In this document: piece after piece, positions 26,478 through 36,626 of the stretch
Layout of the letters: the number at the start of each line of letters is the position of its first letter
How positions within the stretch are numbered: position 1 is the first letter of the stretch
DNA from: Eledone cirrhosa
Taxonomy: Eukaryota
Direction of reading: 5' to 3'
Assembly (NCBI GenBank): GCA_964016885.1
Contig: OZ024747.1
Span: 24,180,001 to 24,244,000, forward strand
DNA length: 64,000 bases
The notes under the pieces: model-generated
What the model saw: only the letters and a program-made list of their open reading frames with translations
Databases searched by the model: none
What the model was told of the DNA's origin: nothing
Made by a program: the position numbers and the translations under genes

Positions 26478-27235
26478 GTGGCAAGGAAAAGTGACAATGT
26501 TCTTGGGGAAACTCTGGGCATCGAAGATAATCAATGGATAACTTCTAGAAATCTCTGGCCTGGCAGTGCTGCTGGTGAGTAACTCTACAGACACAGAAGT
26601 GCTGTCAGCTGGGCATGTCTGAGATGCGTACAAGGTGATGAAACCATCCTGCACTTACACATTCAGTGTTTGAGCATTGTTGACTTGTATAGCTATGTTG
26701 AACAGCTGCTGTCACATGTAGGACAGATAGAGCTATCAGCTGAGTTCATGGAGAAGATAGCCCAGCCATCTTCCTTTAATAGGGAAGTTTTTTTGTTTGC
26801 CAGAAGATTGTGTGGTGGATGCAATTGAAAGGTTTCAGGACAGATAGTTTCTTCTTCAGGGTGAAGAGGGAAGTGTTGCCCTTCAGCCATTTTGTCAAAT
26901 GTGGATAAGAGTGGTGAGCATAATCCAGATGAACAGGCCTACTCTAAGTAGACACCTATAGATTGGAGACACCTATAGATTGGAGGAAGACAACTGAGAG
27001 GGAACACTTGCCCTGGCAGCTAGGATAGCTATGGATTTTTGCGGGTTTTGTCCATGGGTGACCCTCAGAAGTCTCCAATTATGAAATTTTCTTTTGTTTT
27101 AATTTTATATGATATTTTCAGTGTCATATTTTTACATGAAAAACAACAACAATACTGTATCAACCTGTGCTGTCTTTAATGTTTTCTTCTCTTGAACCCT
27201 TTGTGATTAATAAAGAAATCATTATTATTATTATT
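26478..27235 (+). mobile_element. Decayed L1/Tx1-type LINE 3' end
   Basis: Zinc-knuckle CLRCVQGDETILHLHIQC at ~26616-26669, a T-rich 3' UTR, AATAAA and an (ATT)n tail. Paralogous to 37495-38412. Confidence 0.65.
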
Positions 27236-27478
27236 GATTGGCAGAATCATTAGAACATTGGATAAATGCTTAGCAGTATTTGTTTTGACCCTTGACATTC
27301 TCAGTTCAAATCCTACTCAGGTTAGCTTTGCATTCTTACGGGGTAAAGTACCAGTAATGCACCGGGGTCAATTTAATCGACTTCCCCTCCTCCCAAATTG
27401 CTGGCCTTGTGCCTATATAAGAAACCATTATTATTATTATTATCATTATATATTTTTATCTTGTTTTATTCATTTTAG

Positions 27479-27538
27479 GATCTGAAAATATTCAAATCTG
27501 AGAAGACAGACCGTGGTCCATATACCAGTGGTTGGATG
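27479..27538 (+). CDS. PITPNC1: PITPNC1 coding exon 7 (DLKIFKSEKTDRGPYTSGWM)
   Basis: cattttag acceptor, gttggt donor, 60 nt. Has the FKSEKT.RG...GW motif. The donor is weak but gives an exact-length join to exon 8. Confidence 0.9.
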
Positions 27539-27838
27539 GTTGGTACAGTGAATTATTCTATGATTCATTAATATTACTAATTAAGTTGTTTAACCCTATT
27601 GTTACCATATTTCCAATAAAAGAGAATAATCAAGAATCTAGAGGGATTTAGTAATATAGCTAACTTTCCCATTACAAATCTGGTATTTAAAATATAACTT
27701 AACCCTTTAGCATTTACATTACTCTATATATAATAATAATAATGAAATTATTGTGTAAAGTGCTCAGGTGCACTACAACTCGTCAATATAGTACATAGAA
27801 TAATACACAAATGCCAGGGAAGTACATGTTTGTATGTG

Positions 27839-30661
27839 TTAGCTGTAGTGTTGGCGGATCTCGGGAAGCATGGAGGCCTTAAAGGATGCAGCGTCTCGAC
27901 AGCTAACAACTGATGCAGGTAGTTTGTTCCATGCTTCAGCAACTCTGAGCGTGAAAAAATGTTTCCGAAAGTCATGGGAACTGTGCTGTTTTCTTACTTT
28001 GTGGGCATGTCCACGTGTGTTAGACACATGGAAATCGAAAAGGCACTCAGGGTTGTTGTTGGCAACATGGTTAACAATTTTGTGGGTGTTTACCAAGTCA
28101 GTTGCCAGGCGTCGGAGCTTCAATGAATCCATGCCCAGGGAAGCAAGGCGATCAGAGTATGGTAGATGCCTGATGGAGGGTATTCGCTTGGTTGCACGTC
28201 TCTGAACAGTTTCCAGGCGGTCAATGTCCTGAGCAAGATAGGGGTTCCAGACTGGTGATGCAAATTCTAAGTGTGGTCGCACCATAGCTGTATACAGCCT
28301 TAAATAGATATCTGGAGAGCGGCTGACAAAGGTCTTGCTGAGTGATGCTAAGACACCCTCGGCCCTCTTGACAATTTTAGAGACGTGCCTCGTCCAACGC
28401 AAATCGCTGCTGACCGTAATGCCCAGGTCACGTTCACAGGAAGACTTCTTGATATTAGTGCTGTGGAGGGAGTATGTGGACGCTGGGTTTTTACTCCCAA
28501 AATGCATGGTGGTGCACTTGTCCACAGCTAGCTTGAGTTGCCAGTCTGAGATCCACTGTTGCATTGTGTCCAGGTCAGACTGCAAGCAAGATCTATAGTG
28601 TTCAGGATCTGTCCTTTTTATCTCAAGGTACAGCTTGATGTCGTCTGCGTACTTTAGTACTGTGGCATTCCTTAAGTTGGCATCTATGTCATTAATATAT
28701 GCCACAAACAAAAGGGGGCCAAGAACAGATCCCTGAGGTACACCAGATGACATCTCATATGGTGAGGAATGCTGTCCCAGAACCGTGACTACCTCTCTTC
28801 GACTGAGAATGAAGGACTTCAACCAGTTAAAAAGATCATCCTTCACACCCATTGCAGAGAGTTTTGCCATAAGCCTTTTGTGCGGCACAGAATTGAAGGC
28901 CTTCGCAAAGTCAAGGTAAACAACATCCACCCATGAGCCGCCATCAGTGATCCGGGTGATGTCCTCAAGAAACTCTATAAGTTGATCACAGCAGCTGGAG
29001 TTGGGGATAAATCCAAATTGCGAAGGCCGGATAAGACTGTGAGAGCTCCAGAAGTTCCAAAGTGTTTCTCTGACACAGGATTCCATCAGTTTGGCGATGC
29101 AACTAGTAAGACTGACTGGACGATAGTTCACAGGTGATGTGCGGTCACCCTTTTTGAACAGAGGAATTACACTGGCAGTTTTCCACTGTTCTGGAGTAGC
29201 ACTGTTGTTCAGACAGAATTGGAAGAAGCGTGATAACTGGCGTAGAAGGAAGTACCCACCACGTTTAAGAAGCAGGTACGTAACACCATCAAGACCAGGA
29301 GAGGCATGGTTGCGTTTATTTTTTAGGTGACGTCGCAGCATTGCAGGTGTAAATTCCATGGTTGTAATAGAGTCCGGTGTCATAGGTGGTGGAGATGGTA
29401 CACTCTGGTCTTCAATGGTGAAAATGCCTGCATAGCATTCAGCAATGAGCTCTGCGCATTCCTTGGGGTCGTCAGTAACCTGGCTTGTGTGGGGATTGCG
29501 AAGAGGACCAACTGGAGAGTGAGGCCTCTGCTTTGAGTGAACATACTTCCAGAACACCTTACTGTCAGGGCTGGTTGCTATGCGCTGCTCAAATTGAAGC
29601 ACTGCCTTTTTTGTCACCTGTTTGAGGTGGTTGGACGATCTATTTCGCCTCTTCCTATTAATGTCTGATTTGTGAAGTTTGTACTCACGTTCAGCATTGC
29701 GCCGTTCTTTTCTGGCAAGACGGACTGCTGCAGTCTCCCAAATTGCGCTTTTAGGATGTTTTTTCCGCTTACGTGGCACCGATGCTGCACATGCTGTCCA
29801 TATTGAGCTCAGGATGTTCTGGAGTACAGTGTTGACATCTCCAGAGTCATAGAACTCAAGCCAGTTTGGCCGTTGCAACTCGGTGCAGTAACAGTTCCAG
29901 TCTGCTCTATTCCAGTCAAAGTGAGCAGTTTGGAGATGGTTGTGGTTCTTGTTACTGCCCATGAGGGATAGATTGGCAATGATCATAGCATGATCAGAGT
30001 CACCTAAAGGTTCCTCAGCAGTAACACTAATGACCGTTTCAGGAGTAGTGGTGAAGAGTAGGTCCAAAGTGTTGTCACCTCTCGTTGGGGAGGTGACCAC
30101 CTGGGACCAACTCGAGTCCAGCACCAGCTCAAGGAAGTCATTTGCACTTGGCGGCCAACGAAAGGTCTCCCAGTCAATCTCAGGGTGATTGAAGTCACCT
30201 GCAATGAAAACATAAGTGGCTGTCTTCCTGGCAGCAGCTCTGAGGATATCACAAAGTTGAGTGTCCTGATAGTAATTTGGGGGACGGTAAACGACTCCAA
30301 GTAGCAGTGTTGACATGGTCATACGTATATCGCAGAAAAAAACTTCCTGCTGTGATTGGTTCAAATCAGCACAAGGAATTGCCGACAGATTTGACCGAAC
30401 GTAGACCATTACACCACCACCACGACGATTAATACGGTCTTTACGAAACAGGTTGTAGCCAGTCATGCTGAAAACCCCATCACAGAGTAAGGGATGTGCC
30501 CAAGTTTCCGTGACTGTAATGAAGTCCGGGTTGATACTTTTGACGTAGGAGTCAAAAAGATGAATCTTATTGCATAGACTACGTGCATTCAAGGACAACA
30601 GTTTGTACTTTGATTCCAGTCTATGATTATGTGCAGGGGATGGCAGGTTGTTCTGATTTAG
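27839..30661 (-). CDS. LINE ORF2: AP endonuclease plus reverse transcriptase
   Basis: APE motifs SLNARS, TETW, GDFNHP, LDLL and SDH. RT motifs YRPVSLTS, QFGF, LDFAKAF, GVPQGSVLGP and YADD. The frame is open upstream of the called TTG start through to the ORF1 end. Confidence 0.96.
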   Translation of the reverse strand, partial: LNQNNLPSPAHNHRLESKYKLLSLNARSLCNKIHLFDSYVKSINPDFITVTETWAHPLLCDGVFSMTGYNLFRKDRINRRGGGVMVYVRSNLSAIPCADLNQSQQEVFFCDIRMTMSTLLLGVVYRPPNYYQDTQLCDILRAAARKTATYVFIAGDFNHPEIDWETFRWPPSANDFLELVLDSSWSQVVTSPTRGDNTLDLLFTTTPETVISVTAEEPLGDSDHAMIIANLSLMGSNKNHNHLQTAHFDWNRADWNCYCTELQRPNWLEFYDSGDVNTVLQNILSSIWTACAASVPRKRKKHPKSAIWETAAVRLARKERRNAEREYKLHKSDINRKRRNRSSNHLKQVTKKAVLQFEQRIATSPDSKVFWKYVHSKQRPHSPVGPLRNPHTSQVTDDPKECAELIAECYAGIFTIEDQSVPSPPPMTPDSITTMEFTPAMLRRHLKNKRNHASPGLDGVTYLLLKRGGYFLLRQLSRFFQFCLNNSATPEQWKTASVIPLFKKGDRTSPVNYRPVSLTSCIAKLMESCVRETLWNFWSSHSLIRPSQFGFIPNSSCCDQLIEFLEDITRITDGGSWVDVVYLDFAKAFNSVPHKRLMAKLSAMGVKDDLFNWLKSFILSRREVVTVLGQHSSPYEMSSGVPQGSVLGPLLFVAYINDIDANLRNATVLKYADDIKLYLEIKRTDPEHYRSCLQSDLDTMQQWISDWQLKLAVDKCTTMHFGSKNPASTYSLHSTNIKKSSCERDLGITVSSDLRWTRHVSKIVKRAEGVLASLSKTFVSRSPDIYLRLYTAMVRPHLEFASPVWNPYLAQDIDRLETVQRRATKRIPSIRHLPYSDRLASLGMDSLKLRRLATDLVNTHKIVNHVANNNPECLFDFHVSNTRGHAHKVRKQHSSHDFRKHFFTLRVAEAWNKLPASVVSCRDAASFKASMLPEIRQHYS

Positions 30662-31794
30662 TTTCCCAGAGTTTTTTCAGTTTCTTTATTGTCAGTTGTT
30701 GTGGGTACACTGTTTTCAGACCAGCTGGTGTCTCTTTTCCATGATTCGCCAGCCTTAACAAACCTCCATATCTGCCCATCATCTCGTAGGCTGAAGCTTT
30801 CATGTTCTGCCGAGCTGCGGTTTAGGGAAGCTGCAGCACGCAACTTTGGGCGGACATCAGGTGGAAGACCAGGACGTGTTCGGAAAGCAATCCGACTTTC
30901 ACGCCTAGCTTTATCAGAGGCTACAAGGTATGAACGTGCCTCAGCCGAGTTTGAAAACGACAGTCTAATTAACCTGGGTTTCGGGCCTGGTCGGCCAAGG
31001 CGTAGAGCACCCTTTGCGGGAGCACAGCCCAGGTCTTTGGATGAACTGGTAGCAAATGCCTGAAGATCAACTATGTCTTCCGGCACACCGATGGCAATCA
31101 CTTCGTGGTTTGCAGTTTCAGTGGCATTCTCAATGCGTCTAGGTTCAACATGAGGTACGCGGAGATTTTTTAACAAGGCACTCCGGTAAGATCCCTCATT
31201 GTGGGGTTCTACACGAACGCTTGATTTTATTTCCGCTATTTCTTGACTTAAAGCGGAAATCATTTGCCGTATTTCCTCAAACTCCGTATTGACGGTCGGT
31301 TTTTGTTGTTGTTCTTCTCCTTCAACAGGAATGGTAGAAGACACAGTCGTCGGTTGTTGTTGTTGAAAAGTAACGGGTGAGGAAGACATGGGTTGCTGTT
31401 GTTGATGAAGTCCTTCAACGGGGGTAGTAGCAGAAGCTACGGTCGTTGGTTTTTGCTGTTGTTCAGCGACAATGGTAGAGGAAGACACGATCCTCGGTTT
31501 TTGTTGTTGTTGTTCAGGAACAATGGTAGAAGACACGATCTTCGGTCTTTGTTGTTGTTGTTCCGCAGTAATGGGAGAAGCAGGCATACAGCCCAGGCAC
31601 TGAAAGGACCAGTTTGTTAGCTGGACCATCTCCCAGAGTCTATCCATCGTAGCAATGTGATGTTTCTTATTTTGGCCTGGGATCTTCCGGAAGCCTGTGG
31701 CGCATTGAAGGCAGACAGAGATGCGACAGGTTCCACATTCGACCCAGCGATTACGGAACGAGTTTTCGGGTTCCGTACAGATATGGCAGGTGTG
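30658..31794 (-). CDS. LINE ORF1: PHD-like Cys finger, Gln-rich repeats, coiled coil, RRM-like/CTD region
   Basis: The frame extends upstream of the called Met as HTCHICTEPENSFRNRWVECGTCRISVCLQCATG...WSFQCLGC. It continues with the FEEIRQMISALSQEIAEIKSS coiled coil, IAIGVPE and RLGRPGPKPRLIRLSF, typical of CR1/L2 ORF1p. Confidence 0.88.
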   Translation of the reverse strand, partial: HTCHICTEPENSFRNRWVECGTCRISVCLQCATGFRKIPGQNKKHHIATMDRLWEMVQLTNWSFQCLGCMPASPITAEQQQQRPKIVSSTIVPEQQQQKPRIVSSSTIVAEQQQKPTTVASATTPVEGLHQQQQPMSSSPVTFQQQQPTTVSSTIPVEGEEQQQKPTVNTEFEEIRQMISALSQEIAEIKSSVRVEPHNEGSYRSALLKNLRVPHVEPRRIENATETANHEVIAIGVPEDIVDLQAFATSSSKDLGCAPAKGALRLGRPGPKPRLIRLSFSNSAEARSYLVASDKARRESRIAFRTRPGLPPDVRPKLRAAASLNRSSAEHESFSLRDDGQIWRFVKAGESWKRDTSWSENSVPTTTDNKETEKTLGN

Positions 31795-32274
31795 ATATAT
31801 ATATTATTATAATTTTGTGCTAAAGGTTTTACCTCACATAATTATCTCACATAATATCGAATCTATGAGATTTTGATATTATTTATTTTGAGAACATTAC
31901 CCTAACATCAGTATGAGCGGCCGGTTACAGCCAGTTTGAATGGAAAGAGGTGAGAGAATTCTGGCCAGATGCAGCTGAGTTAAAGGTTCTTTATATAAAA
32001 ATTATGATGGAGTGTTTTTAGAAAAGTTGCTAAACAAAGCATCAAAAAGATTGCACAGTTGTGTCTAAGACACGAGAACATCCCTCATGCCTCTGCCATC
32101 ATATAATGGCCTTGATGCATTCTATAGAATGCAGGAATGTGTAAATAAAATGCAGCCTCTGACCTGTTTTAAGAGGTCAGTAATACTGATTAAGTACTGA
32201 ATTGGTCTGTGACAACCCATTCAAACGTTGCTAGCTGGGAAAACAGATATTAAATAATGATGATGATACACAGA

Positions 32275-32510
32275 CTAACCTTTTCATTACCTATGATTTT
32301 TAAATCATTTTGAAAATAATTAAGAAGGAGGAATTTCATAATAGAACTAACTTTCTTATTATTAAGCTGGCTTTGGGAACTTAACTTAAAAAGGTTCTTA
32401 TATAGAACTATGTTTTAATTTTTCTTGATAAATATAAACACTTCAAAATAAATAGTTTAGTATTGTAAAACCAGAGGTAGATTCAGGTGGTTTGGAATGA
32501 AAAGGGTTAA
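32275..32510. mobile_element. TTAA MITE family B (older)
   Basis: taaccttttcattacc...ggaatgaaaagggttaa. Related sequence at 1-172, ~197-400 (inverted), 27590-27700 and 40860-41455. Confidence 0.6.
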
Positions 32511-32988
32511 GAATATTAACAGAATATTTAATTATACTCTTGTTTAGAAACTGGAGTTAAATAGAGATAAAGTAGACTGGTCTTGAGAAAAGTACTATCT
32601 ATATCATATCATACCTATCTATATAATGTAGGACTCCTATATATTTGAACTGTAACCATTAAACATCTGATAAGGATGATTATATATATATATATATATA
32701 TATGTGTGCGTAATGTTGTAAATTTAACCAAATTTTATATATATATATATATATATGAGCAGGGCATGGTCAGCCGACCAGACACTGCCCACAACAGGAC
32801 AACCCGTCTAACCCATGCTAGCGTGGAAGAACGGACGTAAAACGGTGATGATGATGATGATATATATATATATATATCCATCCATCCAACCCATGCCACC
32901 ATGGAGAACAGATGTATGATGTTGATGATGATGTGTGTGTGTGCATTTATAATAAACATATTTCCATTTTCTATTTATTTCCATTTAG

Positions 32989-33084
32989 AAAAACTCTGAT
33001 CCAATAATGTGTTCTTACAAAGTCGTCAAAGTGAAATTTGAAGTTTGGGGTCTTCAAACCAGAGTTGAACAATTTGGGCAAAAG
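32989..33084 (+). CDS. PITPNC1: PITPNC1 coding exon 8 (KNSDPIMCSYKVVKVKFEVWGLQTRVEQFGQK)
   Basis: ccatttag acceptor, gtcagt donor, 96 nt. PIMCSYK.V.VKFEVWGLQTRVEQF is near-identical to PITPNC1. Confidence 0.97.
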
Positions 33085-33790
33085 GTCAGTATTACACATT
33101 ATGTTTATCTAGTTGATCAGTGTGTGTTCTAAACCTATGATCAAAAGTCTTTCTGAGCCATATTGCGGTTGTTGTTTTGCCTCAGATGAGCTCAGATTCA
33201 GCATACCTATGGTCAAAAGTATTTCTAAACCCTATTGTTGTTTTGCCTTAGATGAGTTCAGATTCAGCATACCTATGGTCAAAGGCATTCTTATCATGAC
33301 CATCCTGCATATTTCTTTTATGACCTCAGGAAATACAGGATCCAATATATTATATTTTTAAGGTGGCAAGGTGTTACTTGAGCTGCTCTGTCTAACATGC
33401 CAAACAACCCCTGTGAAGATCAATCTCCACCCATACACCTTTCAGTCTCTCTTTTTCTGTCTCTCATTGGCTCATTATATAAGATTTTAACGCTGGATTA
33501 AAATTATAGGTCAACTTTTGGGGGATGGGGAGATTACCTCTGTGATTAATTTCATCTCTTTATAAATGAGATTAACACATTTACAATGATGATAATAATA
33601 GTAATGATAATAGTGGAAGCATATGTTTTGGTGGTTTAGGTGTTCGACTCATGACCTAATGCCATGAGTTCAATTCCCAGCAGCATTTGTGTTCTTGAGC
33701 AATGCACTTTATTTCCCATTCTTCACTCTACTCAGGTGGAAAACGTAAGTTGTATTTGTAATCTAAAGGGCCAGCCTTGTCACGCATTGT

Positions 33791-33831
<41 letters not shown>

Positions 33832-34224
33832 ATTATAATTACATGTGGGAAAAGTAAACAAGATAAAATAAAAATTTACTTTGATGTACCGACTGTAGTG
33901 TCGTTGGGTAATTTCAGTTTTGAATATTCCAATAATTTAGGATATTCTCTACTGTGAGACTTTATAGCTCTTCAGGGAACTTCTCAATCCAAGAATAAAT
34001 TCTTTTGAGTGATCCATTACCAGCAATAATTTTGAATGGGAGAATTGTCACAGGATTTATGGTCAACAGTAGGGTAGCATTAGATGTATAAAGGCAAGTG
34101 AGAGGACTATTAGAAGGAGCAGTCCATTTCAGCCTAATTTTTTACTCAACCATAAGAGAGTACAGAACAAAATTATTGGAGATCTGCTCCACCTGTCCCT
34201 TCAATTTTCTAATTTCTCATTCTT

Positions 34225-34260
34225 TCTTCTGATGAAGGACTAGTGTCCAAAACGTTAAGA
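34225..34260 (+). ncRNA. Degenerate minimal hammerhead motif (GAAA box mutated to AAAA)
   Basis: tctt-CTGATGA-aGGACtagtGTCC-aAAACGTT-aaga. The change is consistent with CpG decay of GTCCGAAAC. Confidence 0.5.
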
Positions 34261-35041
34261 CCCTCTTCCTGCTATTTCAAGTGTTAACCTAATATATTCC
34301 TTCCATATACTGTACCTTTTCTGCTAGTTCAAGCGTTAACCTAATATATTACTTCCATATACTTGTTATTTCTGTTTACCTTTTACATACATATATATAC
34401 ATATATACATACATATGAGAGTGTTCAACTATTACCAGTTTTGCTCAATGAAAGAATTAATAAAAAATCAATTAGTCAGAGAATAATAAAATTATATATA
34501 TCCTTTGTAATTAAGAAACAAAAATAAGAGAGAAAAAGAAAACAAATATTTGTCTCTATACAGAAACACCCATGTAACAAGACAAATATACTCCCTGTAA
34601 GATAGTAAGTTTTCACTAATGTGTATATATACATATATAATATCTGCTTCAATCACACCATCAACATGTTGCTTTCCTGTGCTTTTTCTATAAATATTTT
34701 CAGGGAAATTGTTCTTATGAGCTTTCCCATTTGTTGCCTCATCTTCATGAGTTTAAACGTAGTATCAGATTTGTGACTAGGTCTCATCCCTTTACAGTTG
34801 AAATTTTTAGATGTAATCATGAATTCTATTCTGATAGTTGTTAATTTTGCACCTATGGAATTCTCTTCCAGCTTCTTGCTTTCTTGACCACTAAAATTTG
34901 CAAAAATTCAAAAGTATCATCAATTGTCATCTTATCTCTCCTTGAATTTTATTTCTGTCTTGTCCTTTTTCATTTTAGGAAACCTCTTGCATTTTAGTGG
35001 CTTTATTGCCTTGTTTAGGGTAAAACAAATATGTATATGTA

Positions 35042-35077
<36 letters not shown>

Positions 35078-35671
35078 GAATTTCAGCAATTTCCATCTCC
35101 CAAATTTCCTTCACAAGGTATTGGCCAATTTGAGATTTTAATAGAACACAATTTCCCAAGTTGCCACTCAGTAGGTCTGAACCAGAAATCATTAACCACA
35201 CAACTATGCCACCTGTATAACTTTTATTTAATTAGATTTAGTAATTAGACTAACATCTATCACATAACTTGCAACTTTATAGCATCAATAGATTTAAGCA
35301 GATTACATGCTATCATAGCTGTATTGAGTTAATCTGCTACTGCTATCTGTGAACATTAAACGCAGTAGTGTATGGGATTAAACATAGCTTAAGAGATAAT
35401 TATAAAAACATCAGCTCTTGAAGAAAGTTGTGTGTGTGTATGTATTATTTGATTACTGTTTTTGTAGTTATTGTCTTAATTGTTATTATTGCCACCATAG
35501 AAGGGATGGAGATGCTTTAAGATATGGGAAATAACATGGAAAGTGAGCATTTGAATGTTAGAGAATTAACTTTGATAAAATAATTACTACTAAGATAAAC
35601 AAAGCTTGGTTGATTTATGAAACATTTGGAAATTTGACATTTGAAAATATAGTCACCAATGCAAATAACTA

Positions 35672-35862
35672 TAATAATTGTTTCTACTTTAGGCACAAGA
35701 CCAGCAATTACCCAGTACATTACTGGTACTTTATTTTATCGACCCCGTAAGGATGAAAGGCAAAGTTAACCTCGGCGGGATTTGAACTCAGACTGTAAAG
35801 GGATGTAACTATGCTAGAAAGCATGGCGTCCAACCCTCTACCGATACTGCCAATTCACCGCA
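35672..35862 (-). mobile_element. tRNA-derived SINE, same family
   Basis: Full-length, with gcaaataactataataat duplicated on both sides as a TSD. Confidence 0.88.
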
Positions 35863-35895
35863 AATAACTATAATAATGGTTAATAACCATAGATA

Positions 35896-36010
35896 ATAGT
35901 TGAATAAATCAGGTAAACTAACCCTGGAGACTGAAAAGTGGGCAGGGATGACTTTGTCTTTATCCATTTTTTCCATCTCCAAGAGTAGTTTTCCTGATTT
36001 ATTCAACTAT
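35896..36010. repeat. Short inverted-repeat element
   Basis: atagttgaataaatcaggtaaacta...tagttttcctgatttattcaactat. Confidence 0.7.
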
Positions 36011-36117
36011 TTATGTTTAACAGCCATAGCTATCTGCATTGGCAATATATATATATATATATATAGGGAGACACAAAGCAGGCTTTGTTTACAAATGGCT
36101 AGTGATTTGAAAATTAG

Positions 36118-36415
36118 GTAGTAACATGTGCTTACACCGTATTTGACTAAATAGAATTAGTTTGTTAGTTGGGATTTTAAAAAACCTCTGAATGGAAAAA
36201 AGGATGAATATTGACGTACATGGGACACAAACCCACATCTTTGGTTTGCCGGACCAATGTGTTACCATTACACCTTGGTCTGGTAAACAAAAGATGTGGG
36301 TTTGTGTCCCATGTTCATCAATACTCATCCTTTTTTCTATTCAGACGGTTTTTAAAAATCCCAACTAACAGACTAATTCTATGTAGTCAAATACGGCATA
36401 AGCACATGTTACTAC
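36118..36415. repeat. About 300-bp fold-back element (MITE-like)
   Basis: gtagtaacatgtgctta...taagcacatgttactac. Arms of about 145 bp are complementary almost to the centre, with scattered mismatches. Confidence 0.85.
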
Positions 36416-36565
36416 ATAATATATATATATATATAAGTTTGGTGGGGTTCACCACTGGATAGAACTGGTCATTATATATATATATATATATATAATGTAT
36501 TCAAACAGAACTTAAAACGTTAAGTTCTAGTTTTGAATATGTCACTATCTGTAAAACAATTTTTG

Positions 36566-36626
36566 TATTTTATCTGATGACAGCGTACCAACATTTTGGT
36601 ACTCTTGAAATATATATAATAAAATA
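36566..36626 (+). ncRNA. Minimal type I hammerhead ribozyme motif
   Basis: TATTTTAT-CTGATGA-cAGcGTACCAAcatTTGGTACtCTt-GAAA-TATATAT-A-ATAAAATA. Perfect 8-bp stem I, intact core boxes, hairpin stem II and palindromic stem III. Confidence 0.75.

Larger units (their letters stand above)
27731..31795 (-). mobile_element. CR1/L2-type LINE, two ORFs, slightly 5'-truncated, antisense in PITPNC1 intron 7
   Basis: Uninterrupted APE+RT ORF2, PHD/coiled-coil ORF1, 3' stem-loop AGTGC-acctga-GCACT and (ATT)n tail. It splits a TTAA MITE whose halves lie at 27699-27730 and ~31796-31983, with a tatata duplication. Confidence 0.95.

Noticed and set aside
26825-26870. Minus-strand CTGAAGA...GAAAC hammerhead-like string
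   Set aside because: Stems I and II do not pair convincingly, it lies in the coding remnant of an L1/Tx1 fragment, and it is absent from the paralogous copy.
27870-31620. Plus-strand ORFs overlapping the LINE (and 44155-46454 over the PLE)
   Set aside because: Antisense shadows of GC-richer TE coding sequence with no recognisable domains.
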